In this document: in pieces, positions 30,997 through 41,232 of the stretch
Position numbering within the stretch: position 1 is the first letter of the stretch
Layout of the letters: each line of letters opens with the position of its first letter
DNA from: an uncultured Candidatus Actinomarina sp.
GTDB taxonomy: Bacteria; Actinomycetota; Acidimicrobiia; Actinomarinales; Actinomarinaceae
Assembly (NCBI GenBank): GCA_902555055.1
Contig: CACDQN010000001.1
Coordinates: 167,535-231,534 of the forward strand
Direction of reading: 5' to 3'
DNA length: 64,000 nt
Notes under the pieces: generated by a model
What the model was told of the DNA's origin: nothing
Seen by the model: the letters and a program-made list of their open reading frames with translations, nothing else
Databases searched by the model: none
Made by a program: the position numbers and the translations under genes

Positions 30997-32278
30997 AAAT
31001 AATATAAAAAAAGAAGTATGGCTTAATAGTTACCCTATTCTTCTGTGGTTAATTTCTGAACCTTTAGTTGGGTTAATTGACTCAAAAATTGCTAGCTATT
31101 TAAATATTGAGGTTTTGTCAGCTGTAGGAATAGGAGAAACAGTTTATTTTGTATTTATTTGGATATTTGTATTTCTTGCTTACGGAACAACACCATATGT
31201 TTCAGAACTACAAGCATCAAATCAAATATCAAAATTAAATTACTTCATTATGTTTGGAAGAAGAGCTTCAATTTTTATCGGCTTTATATCTTGTTTGTTA
31301 CTCGTACTTTTTTCAGATTTATTGATAAGTTTATTTGAACCAACGACCGTAGTAACCCAAAAGGCAAACTCCTATTTAATTCTAAGAAGTATCGGGTTAC
31401 CTTTTTATCTGCTAAATATGCATTCAACAGCTGTATTGAGAGGTATGAAGCATCCAAAAATAACTTTATATTCTTCAATTATTGTTGGAGTTTCTAATGT
31501 TATTTTAAGTTTTTTACTAGCAGTTATTTTTGACTTTGGAATACAAGGTATAGCTGTTGCAAGTTCTATTTCCTTTTTAATAAGTGCATTATATTCAACT
31601 AAAGTTTTACTAAATAAAAAACAACAGGATGACTCTCTTGATGTTCTATTCAACAAAAACGAAGTAAGTAATAAATTTTTCTATGTTGGTTTTTATATTT
31701 TTATTCGATCTATGTTCCTTACTATCTTTATGGCATATTTAAGAAACAGGGCTTCTCTTATGTCTATGGAAGAAATTGCTCTACAGCATGTATTACTCCA
31801 ACTATGGTCCTTTGGATATGTTTTTGTTGACGCACTAGCTATTGCAGCACAAACATTGGTTTCAGAATATAAAACAAAGTTTCATGATTATAGAAATTCA
31901 GATTTAAAAATTTATCTAAATAAGTTAACACTCCGAATATCTGCATCTCTTTTTGTTTTTTCTAGTATTTTTTTAGATACGTTAATAACTTTAATTACAG
32001 ACAAATCCTTGGGTCAACTTATAGATTTTGAATTAAGAATATTATTTGGATTAAGTTTATTGATTGGAAGCTTTGCTTTTTTATGGGATGGTGTACTACT
32101 TGGACTAGACAAATCGAGAGAGTTTTCATCCCTAACTGTGGTTTCTTCTATTGTTGGATTTGTATCTTGTAGTTATTTACTCAACTTTGAAAATTCATTA
32201 TCAAGTTTATGGATAGGTTTAAATCTCAGTTTAGTTTATAGAGGTATCGTAGGCTTTCTTTATCAGATACGTGACTAG
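30986..32278 (+). CDS. MATE-family efflux transporter
   Basis: About 12 TM helices. N-terminal MATE-like motif (PILLWLISEPLVGLIDSKIASYLNIEVLSAVGIG). Confidence 0.7.
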   Translation: MMGENNIKKEVWLNSYPILLWLISEPLVGLIDSKIASYLNIEVLSAVGIGETVYFVFIWIFVFLAYGTTPYVSELQASNQISKLNYFIMFGRRASIFIGFISCLLLVLFSDLLISLFEPTTVVTQKANSYLILRSIGLPFYLLNMHSTAVLRGMKHPKITLYSSIIVGVSNVILSFLLAVIFDFGIQGIAVASSISFLISALYSTKVLLNKKQQDDSLDVLFNKNEVSNKFFYVGFYIFIRSMFLTIFMAYLRNRASLMSMEEIALQHVLLQLWSFGYVFVDALAIAAQTLVSEYKTKFHDYRNSDLKIYLNKLTLRISASLFVFSSIFLDTLITLITDKSLGQLIDFELRILFGLSLLIGSFAFLWDGVLLGLDKSREFSSLTVVSSIVGFVSCSYLLNFENSLSSLWIGLNLSLVYRGIVGFLYQIRD

Positions 32279-32940
32279 TCTACTGCTTTTAGTATTGGCC
32301 TATCTAAGTAATAGCTCAGAATTTGAAGTTCTTGAGATAAGTCAACGGATCTAATCTGTACATCTTTTACATTTTTCAAAAGAACAGGTGCAAAGTTTAA
32401 AATAGATCTAACACCACAATCAATAAGTTGATCAGCAACACCTTGTGCATACTCACCTGGAGTCGCAATTATTCCAATAGCCACATTGTATTTTTTACAG
32501 TACTCCTCCATTTTACTCAGGGGAGTTACGACTAACCCAGCTACTTGACTATTGATTTTTTTTGGATCATCATCGAAAAGACCAACAACACCAAAACCTT
32601 TATCTTTAAATCCACCATAATGTGCCAAAGCTGATCCTAGGTTTCCAACACCTACAATTACAGCACTCCATCCTTCAACCAATCCAAGCTCTAATTGAAG
32701 TTGGTTTCTTAGTGTTTTGATATCATATCCGACACCACGCGTACCTAAAGTACCCAGATATGAAAGATCACGCCTTACTTGAGCATCGTTTACTTTAGCT
32801 AAATCTGCAAGATTTTTAGAAGAAATACCAATTGAGTCGCTGTCAATCTGATCAAGACACTGTAAATACAGGGGCAATCTCTTTACTGTTGCTGGAGGTA
32901 TTTTTCTATTTTCTTTCACTAATGCACAATCTAATGGCAA
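32275..32940 (-). CDS. rex: redox-sensing transcriptional repressor Rex
   Basis: N-terminal winged helix (TVKRLPLYLQCL) and a Rossmann fold (VIVGVGNLGSALAHY); 221 aa. Confidence 0.85.
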   Translation of the reverse strand: MPLDCALVKENRKIPPATVKRLPLYLQCLDQIDSDSIGISSKNLADLAKVNDAQVRRDLSYLGTLGTRGVGYDIKTLRNQLQLELGLVEGWSAVIVGVGNLGSALAHYGGFKDKGFGVVGLFDDDPKKINSQVAGLVVTPLSKMEEYCKKYNVAIGIIATPGEYAQGVADQLIDCGVRSILNFAPVLLKNVKDVQIRSVDLSQELQILSYYLDRPILKAVD

Positions 32941-33025
32941 ATTGAAATTATAAGTAATTTTATAGAAGATTTATTACAGATTTGCAGTTTCATATTACTA
33001 ATTAATCAATGTATGTTGGTAATTA

Positions 33026-34291
33026 ATGCAAGATATAAGTAAAGAATACGACGTTTTAATTGTTGGGGCTGGTCCAGCAGGATCAAATGCTGCTATTTCG
33101 TATAAAAAACTGAACCCCGGTTTACGTGTCGGATTAATTGATAAGGCAATATTTCCGAGAGACAAGTCTTGCGGAGATGCTATTGGCCCTGGAGTAATTA
33201 GCGCATTAAAAAGGTTTAATAATGAACATATTTTAGATGATGAACCCCAAGTTGTTTCTACAACTTTATACGGACCAGATAATATTGGAATTCAAAATTA
33301 TATTCCCGAAGTTAAAAATAAAGAAGATTCTATAGTCTATGTAATTCCACGAATAGATTTAGACAATCGTATTTTAAACTTAGCAAAAAATTCTGACGTA
33401 GATGTGATTGAAGGGTTAAACTTTGTAAGTTTTGAAGAAGATGTAAATAAAAACATAGTCGTAAAATTTAAAAATCAGGATGAAGAATTTTTATTTTCAA
33501 CACGATTGCTCATTGGTGCTGATGGTGCAAATTCCAGAGTTAGAAAACAATTAAATTTAAAACCTAATTCCGATTGGCATAAAGCTATTGCAATTAGAGC
33601 TTATGTAGATAGCCCAAACTACATTGAAATTTTTAAGGAAAGAACCCTTATGTTTGAGATTAATGTATCGGCTGAAAAAGGTTATGCATGGGCTTTTCCA
33701 AGTAAAGGGAGTTTGTTAAATATTGGAATTGGTGTACCCGTCAGTATTTTTAAAAAAGATAAACTAAATATCAATAAACTCTTAGAGGATTTCATAAATC
33801 AGTTAGAGAGCAGGGGCGTAATTGTTGAAAATATAAGAAAACAGAAATCATATATGTTGCCTTTCGCATCATCTAGGCCAAAATTAAATAAGGATATGAA
33901 CGTCGCTTTAATTGGCGATGCTAGCTCAATGATAAACCCAATGAGTGGAGAGGGGATATTCTATGGGATGGAAGCCGGCTATCTTCTTGCAAAAAATACG
34001 AATGAATTAATTGGGTCAGAGAAGTTGTCTTCCGGTATTTCAAAGTATGAAAAAGAATTTTCAAAGAGATTTAGGAAGCACTATTTAAGTTGTGCATTAG
34101 CTAGGTTAATTTTACAAAGTCCCTTTATGACAAAGAGATTATTGAAAGTTGCATCAAATGATCAAGATACAATAGATTTTGTAGTTGAGTTATTATTTGA
34201 TGAAGCTTACTTAACTCTTACTGAAGTATTTAAAATTACGTATAAATTCCTTATTCCTACAAGGTTATTAGCTTTTATTTCAAAAAATTAA
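33026..34291 (+). CDS. geranylgeranyl reductase family FAD-dependent oxidoreductase (possibly a menaquinone side-chain reductase, MenJ-like)
   Basis: FAD motif DVLIVGAGPAGSNAA near the N-terminus; 421 aa. It sits between rex and nuoA. Confidence 0.75.
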   Translation: MQDISKEYDVLIVGAGPAGSNAAISYKKLNPGLRVGLIDKAIFPRDKSCGDAIGPGVISALKRFNNEHILDDEPQVVSTTLYGPDNIGIQNYIPEVKNKEDSIVYVIPRIDLDNRILNLAKNSDVDVIEGLNFVSFEEDVNKNIVVKFKNQDEEFLFSTRLLIGADGANSRVRKQLNLKPNSDWHKAIAIRAYVDSPNYIEIFKERTLMFEINVSAEKGYAWAFPSKGSLLNIGIGVPVSIFKKDKLNINKLLEDFINQLESRGVIVENIRKQKSYMLPFASSRPKLNKDMNVALIGDASSMINPMSGEGIFYGMEAGYLLAKNTNELIGSEKLSSGISKYEKEFSKRFRKHYLSCALARLILQSPFMTKRLLKVASNDQDTIDFVVELLFDEAYLTLTEVFKITYKFLIPTRLLAFISKN

Positions 34292-34339
34292 AAGTCAAAA
34301 GAATTTAGCACAACTTTAATAGTAGAATAAGGGTACAGT

Positions 34340-34357
34340 TTGTGAAAAATTTCACAA
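34340..34357 (+). promoter_or_regulatory. Rex operator (ROP) TTGTGAA-N4-TTCACAA immediately upstream of nuoA
   Basis: Perfect inverted repeat TTGTGAAaaatTTCACAA. It lies 13 nt before the GGAGGG SD of nuoA. Confidence 0.75.
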
Positions 34358-34370
34358 GTATGGAGGGAAC

Positions 34371-34775
34371 ATGAATAGCTGGTTACCTATTTTGGTGATG
34401 CTTGTTGTAGCTATTGGTTTTGCGTTTGTATCTCTTGGTGTTACATATTTAATATCTCCCAAAAGAGCTACCCCTGAAAAACTAGCGCCATACGAATGTG
34501 GAATATTTCCTGAAGTAGAACCATCTCAGCGATTTCCTGTGAAATTTTATATGGTTGCAATGCTCTATATAGTGTTTGATATTGAAATTATTTTCCTTTT
34601 TGCATGGGCAACAAGGTTTAATGACCTCGGTTGGTATGGAATAGCTGCAATTTCAATATTTACATTTTTTGTACTAGAAACTTTATATTATGTTTGGAAA
34701 AAAGGCGTCCTTGATTGGAATATTCCCAGACGTGAGCGTTATTTTAAGCAAGATCTTCAACAAGAGGTGTCATAA
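34371..34775 (+). CDS. nuoA: NADH-quinone oxidoreductase subunit A
   Basis: 3 TM helices and a conserved YECG motif. Confidence 0.9.
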   Translation: MNSWLPILVMLVVAIGFAFVSLGVTYLISPKRATPEKLAPYECGIFPEVEPSQRFPVKFYMVAMLYIVFDIEIIFLFAWATRFNDLGWYGIAAISIFTFFVLETLYYVWKKGVLDWNIPRRERYFKQDLQQEVS

Positions 34776-35236
34776 TGTACACTCCAGATAATATTTTTAC
34801 AACCACTATTGATAAAGCTGTAAGGTGGTCAAGAACACAATCAATGTGGCCTGTAACATTTGGATTAGCCTGCTGTGCTATTGAGATGATGGCAGCTGGT
34901 AGTGCTAAATATGATTTAGCTCGATATGGTATGGAAGTATTTAGAGCATCACCGAGACAAGCAGATTTAATGATTGTTGCCGGTAGGGTATCTCAAAAGA
35001 TGGCTCCAGTATTAAGACAAGTTTATGACCAAATGGCTGATCCAAAATGGGTTATAGCAATGGGGGCTTGTTCTTCTACAGGAGGAATGTTTAATAACTA
35101 TGCTTTAGTCCAAGGTGTTGATCATATAGTACCTGTTGATATTTATGTTCCAGGATGTCCGCCAGGACCCCAATCGTTAATGCATGGAATATTAACACTT
35201 CATGACAAGATAATGGACGGTGAAATAAATAGATGA
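34775..35236 (+). CDS. nuoB: NADH-quinone oxidoreductase subunit B
   Basis: CCAIEMM…GxCxxxGG Fe-S (N2) motifs. Confidence 0.92.
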   Translation: MYTPDNIFTTTIDKAVRWSRTQSMWPVTFGLACCAIEMMAAGSAKYDLARYGMEVFRASPRQADLMIVAGRVSQKMAPVLRQVYDQMADPKWVIAMGACSSTGGMFNNYALVQGVDHIVPVDIYVPGCPPGPQSLMHGILTLHDKIMDGEINR

Positions 35237-35646
35237 ATCCTGAGGTAATTGAAACAAATTTAGATGATTACAAAAAATTAGTCGAGTCATCAAAGTCTGA
35301 TGGCTTTGAAATGATGGTAGATCTTACTGCAGTTGATTGGTTTAGAAAAAAAGAACCAAGATTTGAAATTATAGTTCAGCTTTTATCAACAATTCATAAT
35401 GTGAGAAAAACTATTAAAGTTTTTGTAAATGATGAAGATTTAACAATCCCATCTATTACAGATGTTTATCCGAGTGCAAACTTCTACGAAAGAGAAGTAT
35501 ATGATATGTTTGGTATTATTTTTTCAGACCATCCCGACTTAACAAGAATTTTAATGCCTGACGATTGGCAAGGATACCCTTTAAGAAAAAATTATGGATC
35601 AGGAAGAATTCCTGTTCAGTTCAAGAACGCACCTAAGGTTGATTAA
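35233..35646 (+). CDS. nuoC: NADH-quinone oxidoreductase subunit C (short form, 137 aa)
   Basis: ERE…YDMFGI…HPDL…DWQGYPLRK motifs. Confidence 0.85.
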   Translation: MNPEVIETNLDDYKKLVESSKSDGFEMMVDLTAVDWFRKKEPRFEIIVQLLSTIHNVRKTIKVFVNDEDLTIPSITDVYPSANFYEREVYDMFGIIFSDHPDLTRILMPDDWQGYPLRKNYGSGRIPVQFKNAPKVD

Positions 35647-37023
35647 TTGAAGAGCAAAGATACTAGAAAAACTGGATTTGATAAATTTAAAAATATTTTA
35701 GATTTTTGGGCTACTAACTCTGAAGAAGGTGGCTGGAACATTTCCTCAACAGACGAAGGTTCTCAAAAAATGCTTGAGGACGAGAGTGAGAAGCAAGTTA
35801 AAATTCAAATGGGGTCTGACGTAGTTGACGATTTTGTTATTGATGAAGATACCTCTGATGATGAGAGAATGATTGTGAATATGGGCCCTCAACATCCTTC
35901 AACTCACGGTGTTCTTAGACTTCAAGCAGAGCTTGAGGGGGAGGTGGTAAGGCGAGTAAAGCCTATAATTGGATATCTTCACACTGGAATGGAGAAAACG
36001 GGTGAAGAGTTAAATTATTTTCAGGGACCTACAAACACAACAAGAATGGACTATTTATCTCCTCTTTTTAATGAGCTAGTTTTTTCACTTACTACTGAAA
36101 AATTAATTGGGATAGAAGTTCCTGAAAGAGCAAAAACCATAAGAATTTTAATGACCGAGTTAAATCGAATTTCTTCACACTTGGTCGCTTTAGCAACTGG
36201 TGGTATGGATATTGGTGCGCTATCAATGATGATATTTGGCTTTCGGGAAAGAGAACTAATTTTAAACTTTTTTGAAAAAACAACTGGCTTAAGAATGAAC
36301 CACAATTACATAAGACCCGGAGGTGTGGCAGCAGATTTACCAGATGGATGGCAAAAAGACGTAAAAGAAATATTAAAAGTTATACCAGAAAAGCTTCAAG
36401 ATTATGATGACATGTTATTGGATAACCCAATATGGAAAGGTAGATTACAAAATGTAGGAATATTAACTACGGAAGAGTGTTTCGCTTATGGCATTACAGG
36501 GCCAAGTTTAAGAGCTTCTGGTTATGAATGGGATTTAAGGAAATCTCAACCATACTCTGGTATCGAAAATTATGATTTTGAAATTCCAGTTTTAAAAGAA
36601 GGAGACGTTTTTGCAAGGTGGAGAGTAAAAGTTTTAGAAATTTTTGAGAGTTTAAAAATTGTTGAACAAGCAATGGAAAAAATGCCAAAAGGACCATATA
36701 AGGTTCAAGACAAAAAAATTACACCGCCTCCAAGAAAAAGATTAGATGAATCTATGGAGGCACTAATTCATCATTTTAAAATTTACACAGAAGGTTTCAA
36801 AGTACCTGAGGGGGATGCTTATGTAGCTATAGAGTCTCCAAGGGGAGAGTTAGGCTGTTATATTGTATCAGATGGTTCTTCCAAGCCATATAGAATGCAC
36901 GTAAGAGGACCATCTTTTTGCAACTTACAGGCCTTACCTGTAATTATGACAGACAGCCCTATAGCAGATGCGGTTGCTGCAATTGCGTCTCTAGACCCAG
37001 TTATTGGAGATGTTGATAGATGA
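35647..37023 (+). CDS. nuoD: NADH-quinone oxidoreductase subunit D, with an acidic N-terminal extension of about 75 aa
   Basis: Conserved core begins at MGPQHPSTHGVLRL. TTG start directly after the nuoC stop. Confidence 0.9.
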   Translation: MKSKDTRKTGFDKFKNILDFWATNSEEGGWNISSTDEGSQKMLEDESEKQVKIQMGSDVVDDFVIDEDTSDDERMIVNMGPQHPSTHGVLRLQAELEGEVVRRVKPIIGYLHTGMEKTGEELNYFQGPTNTTRMDYLSPLFNELVFSLTTEKLIGIEVPERAKTIRILMTELNRISSHLVALATGGMDIGALSMMIFGFRERELILNFFEKTTGLRMNHNYIRPGGVAADLPDGWQKDVKEILKVIPEKLQDYDDMLLDNPIWKGRLQNVGILTTEECFAYGITGPSLRASGYEWDLRKSQPYSGIENYDFEIPVLKEGDVFARWRVKVLEIFESLKIVEQAMEKMPKGPYKVQDKKITPPPRKRLDESMEALIHHFKIYTEGFKVPEGDAYVAIESPRGELGCYIVSDGSSKPYRMHVRGPSFCNLQALPVIMTDSPIADAVAAIASLDPVIGDVDR

Positions 37024-37634
37024 GTTGGGATGACAAGCTAATCAAGCAGGCTAAAAAAATAGTTAAAATATATCCACAAAAGAGATCAGCTTTAGGCCCA
37101 CTGTTGCATTTAGCACAGAGTAAAGATGGATACATTTCTGATGATTCAGTATCTGTAATAAGTGAATTAGTTGGCATTACTGAAGTACAAGTCAAGTCAG
37201 TCTCAACTTTCTACTCAATGTATAAACAAGAGCCAACAGGAAAATATTTATTGAGTGTTTGTAAATCTATCTCATGTGAAATTAATAACTCAAATTCAAT
37301 TATTGATGTTGTTAAAGACTTTACTGGTCTTAGTAATAATGAAACAGATGAAGAAGGTTTATTTACTTTCGAAGCAGTTGAGTGTATTGGAGCTTGCGGC
37401 GGAGCCCCAGCAATACAAGTAAATTATGAGACAGTAGAAGGATTATCTACAGAAAATACTTTAAATTTGTGCGAGTGGTTAAAAAATGAAACACCAGATT
37501 TAGTTGTAGCAGATGAATTACAAAATAAATTTGGTGGTACAAAATCATTTGATTGGGCAATATCGGACAATTCAGGAACAACAGGGTCAGTTCCGGGTTT
37601 TCAAACTTTAAATACTACAAAGGATAAAAAGTGA
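37020..37634 (+). CDS. nuoE: NADH-quinone oxidoreductase subunit E
   Basis: 2Fe-2S thioredoxin-like fold with cysteines (CKSISC…CIGACGGAP). Confidence 0.9.
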   Translation: MSWDDKLIKQAKKIVKIYPQKRSALGPLLHLAQSKDGYISDDSVSVISELVGITEVQVKSVSTFYSMYKQEPTGKYLLSVCKSISCEINNSNSIIDVVKDFTGLSNNETDEEGLFTFEAVECIGACGGAPAIQVNYETVEGLSTENTLNLCEWLKNETPDLVVADELQNKFGGTKSFDWAISDNSGTTGSVPGFQTLNTTKDKK

Positions 37635-38920
37635 AAGAAACAATTCTTCTGACAAAACATATGAGAGAAAATCCAGAGGACAGTCACTTGATCGAATCCT
37701 ATGAAAAGAGTAATGGCTACACTACCGCTAAAAAAACTTTATTAGGAAGCTCTCCAGAGAAGGTCTTAGAAGAAATTAAAGCCTCAAATATTAGAGGAAG
37801 AGGTGGTGCAGGATTTCCTACTGGAGTTAAATGGGGATTTTTAGCAGAAAACGAAGAACGGTACCTAGTAATTAATGCAGATGAATCTGAACCAGGAACA
37901 TTTAAAGATAGAATCTTATTAGAAAGAGATCCTCATCAGTTAATTGAAGGAATTATCATCACGTGTTTTGCAGCAAATATCAAAAATGCTTTTATATACA
38001 TAAGGGGAGAGTACGCTAAGCCAGCGAGAAGAGTTCAAAGTGCTGTTGAGCAGGCTTACCAGAATGGCTATTTGGGAAAAAATATATTTGGTTCTGAGAT
38101 GGATTTAGATTTAGTTGTCCACTTAGGTGCTGGTGCTTATATATGTGGAGAGGAAACTGCTTTATTAAATTCCCTTGAAGGAAGAAGGGGCGAGCCAAGA
38201 TTAAAACCTCCCTACTTTCCAGCAGTTAAAGGTTTATATATGAAACCAACATTGGTAAATAATGTTGAAACAATTTCTTCTGTTCCTTGGATCATTGAAA
38301 ATACTGGTGAGGAATACAACAAATTAGGAGTAGAAGGCTCAACTGGTACAAGAATTTTTAGTTTATCCGGACATGTTAACGTACCAGGAAATTATGAAAT
38401 TGAAATGGGAAGCACATTTGGGGATTTTGTTGAGACTTTAGGTGGAGGTATTCGAAATAATAAAAAGGTAAAAGCATACATACCAGGTGGTGCTTCAGCA
38501 CCATGGTTTAGGGGAGATCAGCTTAATATAAAAATGACTATTGATGATGTAGCGAATAACAACTCAATGCTTGGTTCTGGTGCTGTTGTCATGATGGATC
38601 AAGATACAAATTTAGTAAATGCAGCAAAAAGTATTGTTAGTTTCTTTGCTCATGAATCTTGTGGACAGTGTACTCCTTGTAGAGAAGGAACTACCTGGTT
38701 AGAAATGATTTTAGACAGAGTTGCTTCTGGTCGAGGGCGAACTTCCGATCTTGAGTTATTGCTTGATATCTGTGACAATATTTCTCCAGGACTATCATGG
38801 CCTCCAAAAATGACAACTATTTGTCCCCTTGGCCCCTCTGCAGTTTCACCTATAACATCTTTGATGAAAGATTTCAGAGAAGAAGTTGAATCTATGATTC
38901 CAACGAAAGTTCTCTTATGA
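37631..38920 (+). CDS. nuoF: NADH-quinone oxidoreductase subunit F
   Basis: FMN/NADH-binding GRGGAGFPTG motif and the 4Fe-4S segment ESCGQCTPCREG. Confidence 0.93.
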   Translation: MKETILLTKHMRENPEDSHLIESYEKSNGYTTAKKTLLGSSPEKVLEEIKASNIRGRGGAGFPTGVKWGFLAENEERYLVINADESEPGTFKDRILLERDPHQLIEGIIITCFAANIKNAFIYIRGEYAKPARRVQSAVEQAYQNGYLGKNIFGSEMDLDLVVHLGAGAYICGEETALLNSLEGRRGEPRLKPPYFPAVKGLYMKPTLVNNVETISSVPWIIENTGEEYNKLGVEGSTGTRIFSLSGHVNVPGNYEIEMGSTFGDFVETLGGGIRNNKKVKAYIPGGASAPWFRGDQLNIKMTIDDVANNNSMLGSGAVVMMDQDTNLVNAAKSIVSFFAHESCGQCTPCREGTTWLEMILDRVASGRGRTSDLELLLDICDNISPGLSWPPKMTTICPLGPSAVSPITSLMKDFREEVESMIPTKVLL

Positions 38921-41232
38921 GTGATAATGTAAAAATAAATGTAAATGGTTTACAAATTGAATCTGAGCCAAACAAGCTTTTGATTGAAGCTTGTGAAGAT
39001 TCTGGAATTCACATACCAAGGTTTTGTTGGCACAAAAGACTCGATCCAGTAGGAATGTGTAGGATGTGTCTTGTTGAAGTAGAAACCCCTAGAGGAAAGA
39101 TGCTTGTTCCCTCTTGCACTACAGAAGTTTCTGATGAAATGGTAGTTGATACAGAATCTGAAATAGTTAAAAAGGCACAAGAAGGTGTTTTAGAATTTTT
39201 ACTAATAAACCACCCTTTAGATTGTCCTATTTGTGATAAAGCTGGAGAATGCCCACTTCAAGATCAGACTATGGCATATGGCCCTGGTGAGAGTAGATTT
39301 GTTGAGGAAAAACGACATTTTGAAAAACCAATACCTATTTCAGAAATAATCCTTTTAGATCGAGAAAGGTGTATCTTATGTGCACGCTGTACCCGGTTTT
39401 CTGATGAAATCTCAGGTGATCCATTAATTGAGTTCATTCAAAGAGGCAACAAAACGGAAGTAAACACATTTCCCAATGAACCATTTAAATCTTATTTTTC
39501 TGGTAATACAGTCCAAATTTGTCCAGTAGGAGCTTTAACTTCTACTTCATATAGATTCAAAGCTAGACCTTGGGATTTAAAATCAACCAGATCAACTTGT
39601 AATGGATGTTCAATGGGTTGTTCAATTGAATTAAACTCTTCGCAAAATAAAATGTTAAGAATCTTAGGTGTAGATAATGAGCATACAAACCAGGGGTGGT
39701 TATGTGATAGAGGTAGATATAATTTTGAATATTTGAATTCTGATCAAAGAATTAAGGCACCTCTCAAAAAAACAGAGGGTAATCGTGAAGAGACTACCTT
39801 ACAAGATGTATATAGTGACTTAAGCAAAATAATTGAAGATAGGAGTAATAAGATTACTTTTCTTCTTGGTAGTAATTTAACTAATGAAGAATTTACTTCC
39901 TTTAATGAGTTTTCTAATAAGTTAGGTAATAATGACAATTCAATATATCTAAATGAAGATATCTTATTTAAAGGATTTTTTGATGAAAATATTGAAAATG
40001 CAAAAATTGAAGATCTTAATAAGTCTGATGCGATAATAATTTGGGCTGAAGACTTGAAGGAAACTCTTCCAGTTTTATATCTAAGAGTAAGACAAGCAGT
40101 AAAAAATGGAGTTAAGTTAGTTGTTTTTGGACATACTAATTCAACACTTGCTGATATTTCAGATGTTTACTTCGGCGGTGAAACCGTATCAAATAATTTT
40201 GAGATAGTAAAAGATATATCAAAGCTTAAAGAGATTAAGGAACACATCAAAGACAAAAATGTAACAGCAATATTAGGAAAAGCCAGTCCTAACCAGTCTG
40301 ATCAAAGCTTAGAAAAATTATTCTCTTACCTAAAAGACAATAGCAATTTAAAATTGCTGAATGCATTTAATGGGGGCAATAGTTTTGGGGCCTTTCAGAC
40401 ACTGGGGAGTGTAAAAGGAAATAGAGAATTTTCTTCTGAAATTTCAAAAGAAACCACAGACTTACTTTTTGTTGTTGGTGCTGATCCAGTAGGAAAATCA
40501 ATATTTTCATCAAATATCAAAAATATTATTGATGAAATACCTACGGTTGTAGCCCTTGATTTGTTTATACATGAAACTTCTGAGCTTGCAGATTATATTG
40601 TTCCAACAAGTTCAACTCTTGGCGAAAAAGAAGGAACTTTTACAAATATAGAATTCAGAACTTCAAGAATTGATAAATTAATTCCTTCTCCAGGGCAGGC
40701 ATTAAGCGATTGGGAATTTATTTCGGGTTTGTCTAACTTTTGTAAATTTGAAGGAATGTCTGAAAGCTTGAAAGACCTAAATAATAAATCTTTTGATAGC
40801 TTTGCTTTAGATACTAAGCCAACGTTTGATAACTTAGATAAACCAAGGAATCTAGATGGAATAATTAATACCTCAGTACCAAATATCAATACAACTGATG
40901 AAAGTATTGAGTTTTCAGATTCTTTTTATGTTGGTAAAAAGCTTTATGGAGATAAGGTAACCGAAAGACACTCAAAAAGTATTTCTTTACTTGGCTCCTC
41001 ACAATTTATTGAAGGAAGCGAATCAACTTTTGAAAAGTATAAGTTAAATTCAGGAAAGTGTATTTTGGTTCAAGAAAATATAGAAATTACTGTCAGCTAC
41101 AAAATTAATCCAAGTTTGCCTGATAGCCTAATATTTTTTCCTAAGAATAGAAGAAATATGAACAAATTAGATTTTTCAAAAAATATTCAAATATTGCCTA
41201 GTCACTCTATGGAAGTACTAAATGTCAACTGA
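38917..41232 (+). CDS. nuoG: NADH-quinone oxidoreductase subunit G
   Basis: N-terminal 2Fe-2S and 4Fe-4S Cys clusters and a molybdopterin-like domain; 771 aa. Confidence 0.92.
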   Translation: MSDNVKINVNGLQIESEPNKLLIEACEDSGIHIPRFCWHKRLDPVGMCRMCLVEVETPRGKMLVPSCTTEVSDEMVVDTESEIVKKAQEGVLEFLLINHPLDCPICDKAGECPLQDQTMAYGPGESRFVEEKRHFEKPIPISEIILLDRERCILCARCTRFSDEISGDPLIEFIQRGNKTEVNTFPNEPFKSYFSGNTVQICPVGALTSTSYRFKARPWDLKSTRSTCNGCSMGCSIELNSSQNKMLRILGVDNEHTNQGWLCDRGRYNFEYLNSDQRIKAPLKKTEGNREETTLQDVYSDLSKIIEDRSNKITFLLGSNLTNEEFTSFNEFSNKLGNNDNSIYLNEDILFKGFFDENIENAKIEDLNKSDAIIIWAEDLKETLPVLYLRVRQAVKNGVKLVVFGHTNSTLADISDVYFGGETVSNNFEIVKDISKLKEIKEHIKDKNVTAILGKASPNQSDQSLEKLFSYLKDNSNLKLLNAFNGGNSFGAFQTLGSVKGNREFSSEISKETTDLLFVVGADPVGKSIFSSNIKNIIDEIPTVVALDLFIHETSELADYIVPTSSTLGEKEGTFTNIEFRTSRIDKLIPSPGQALSDWEFISGLSNFCKFEGMSESLKDLNNKSFDSFALDTKPTFDNLDKPRNLDGIINTSVPNINTTDESIEFSDSFYVGKKLYGDKVTERHSKSISLLGSSQFIEGSESTFEKYKLNSGKCILVQENIEITVSYKINPSLPDSLIFFPKNRRNMNKLDFSKNIQILPSHSMEVLNVN

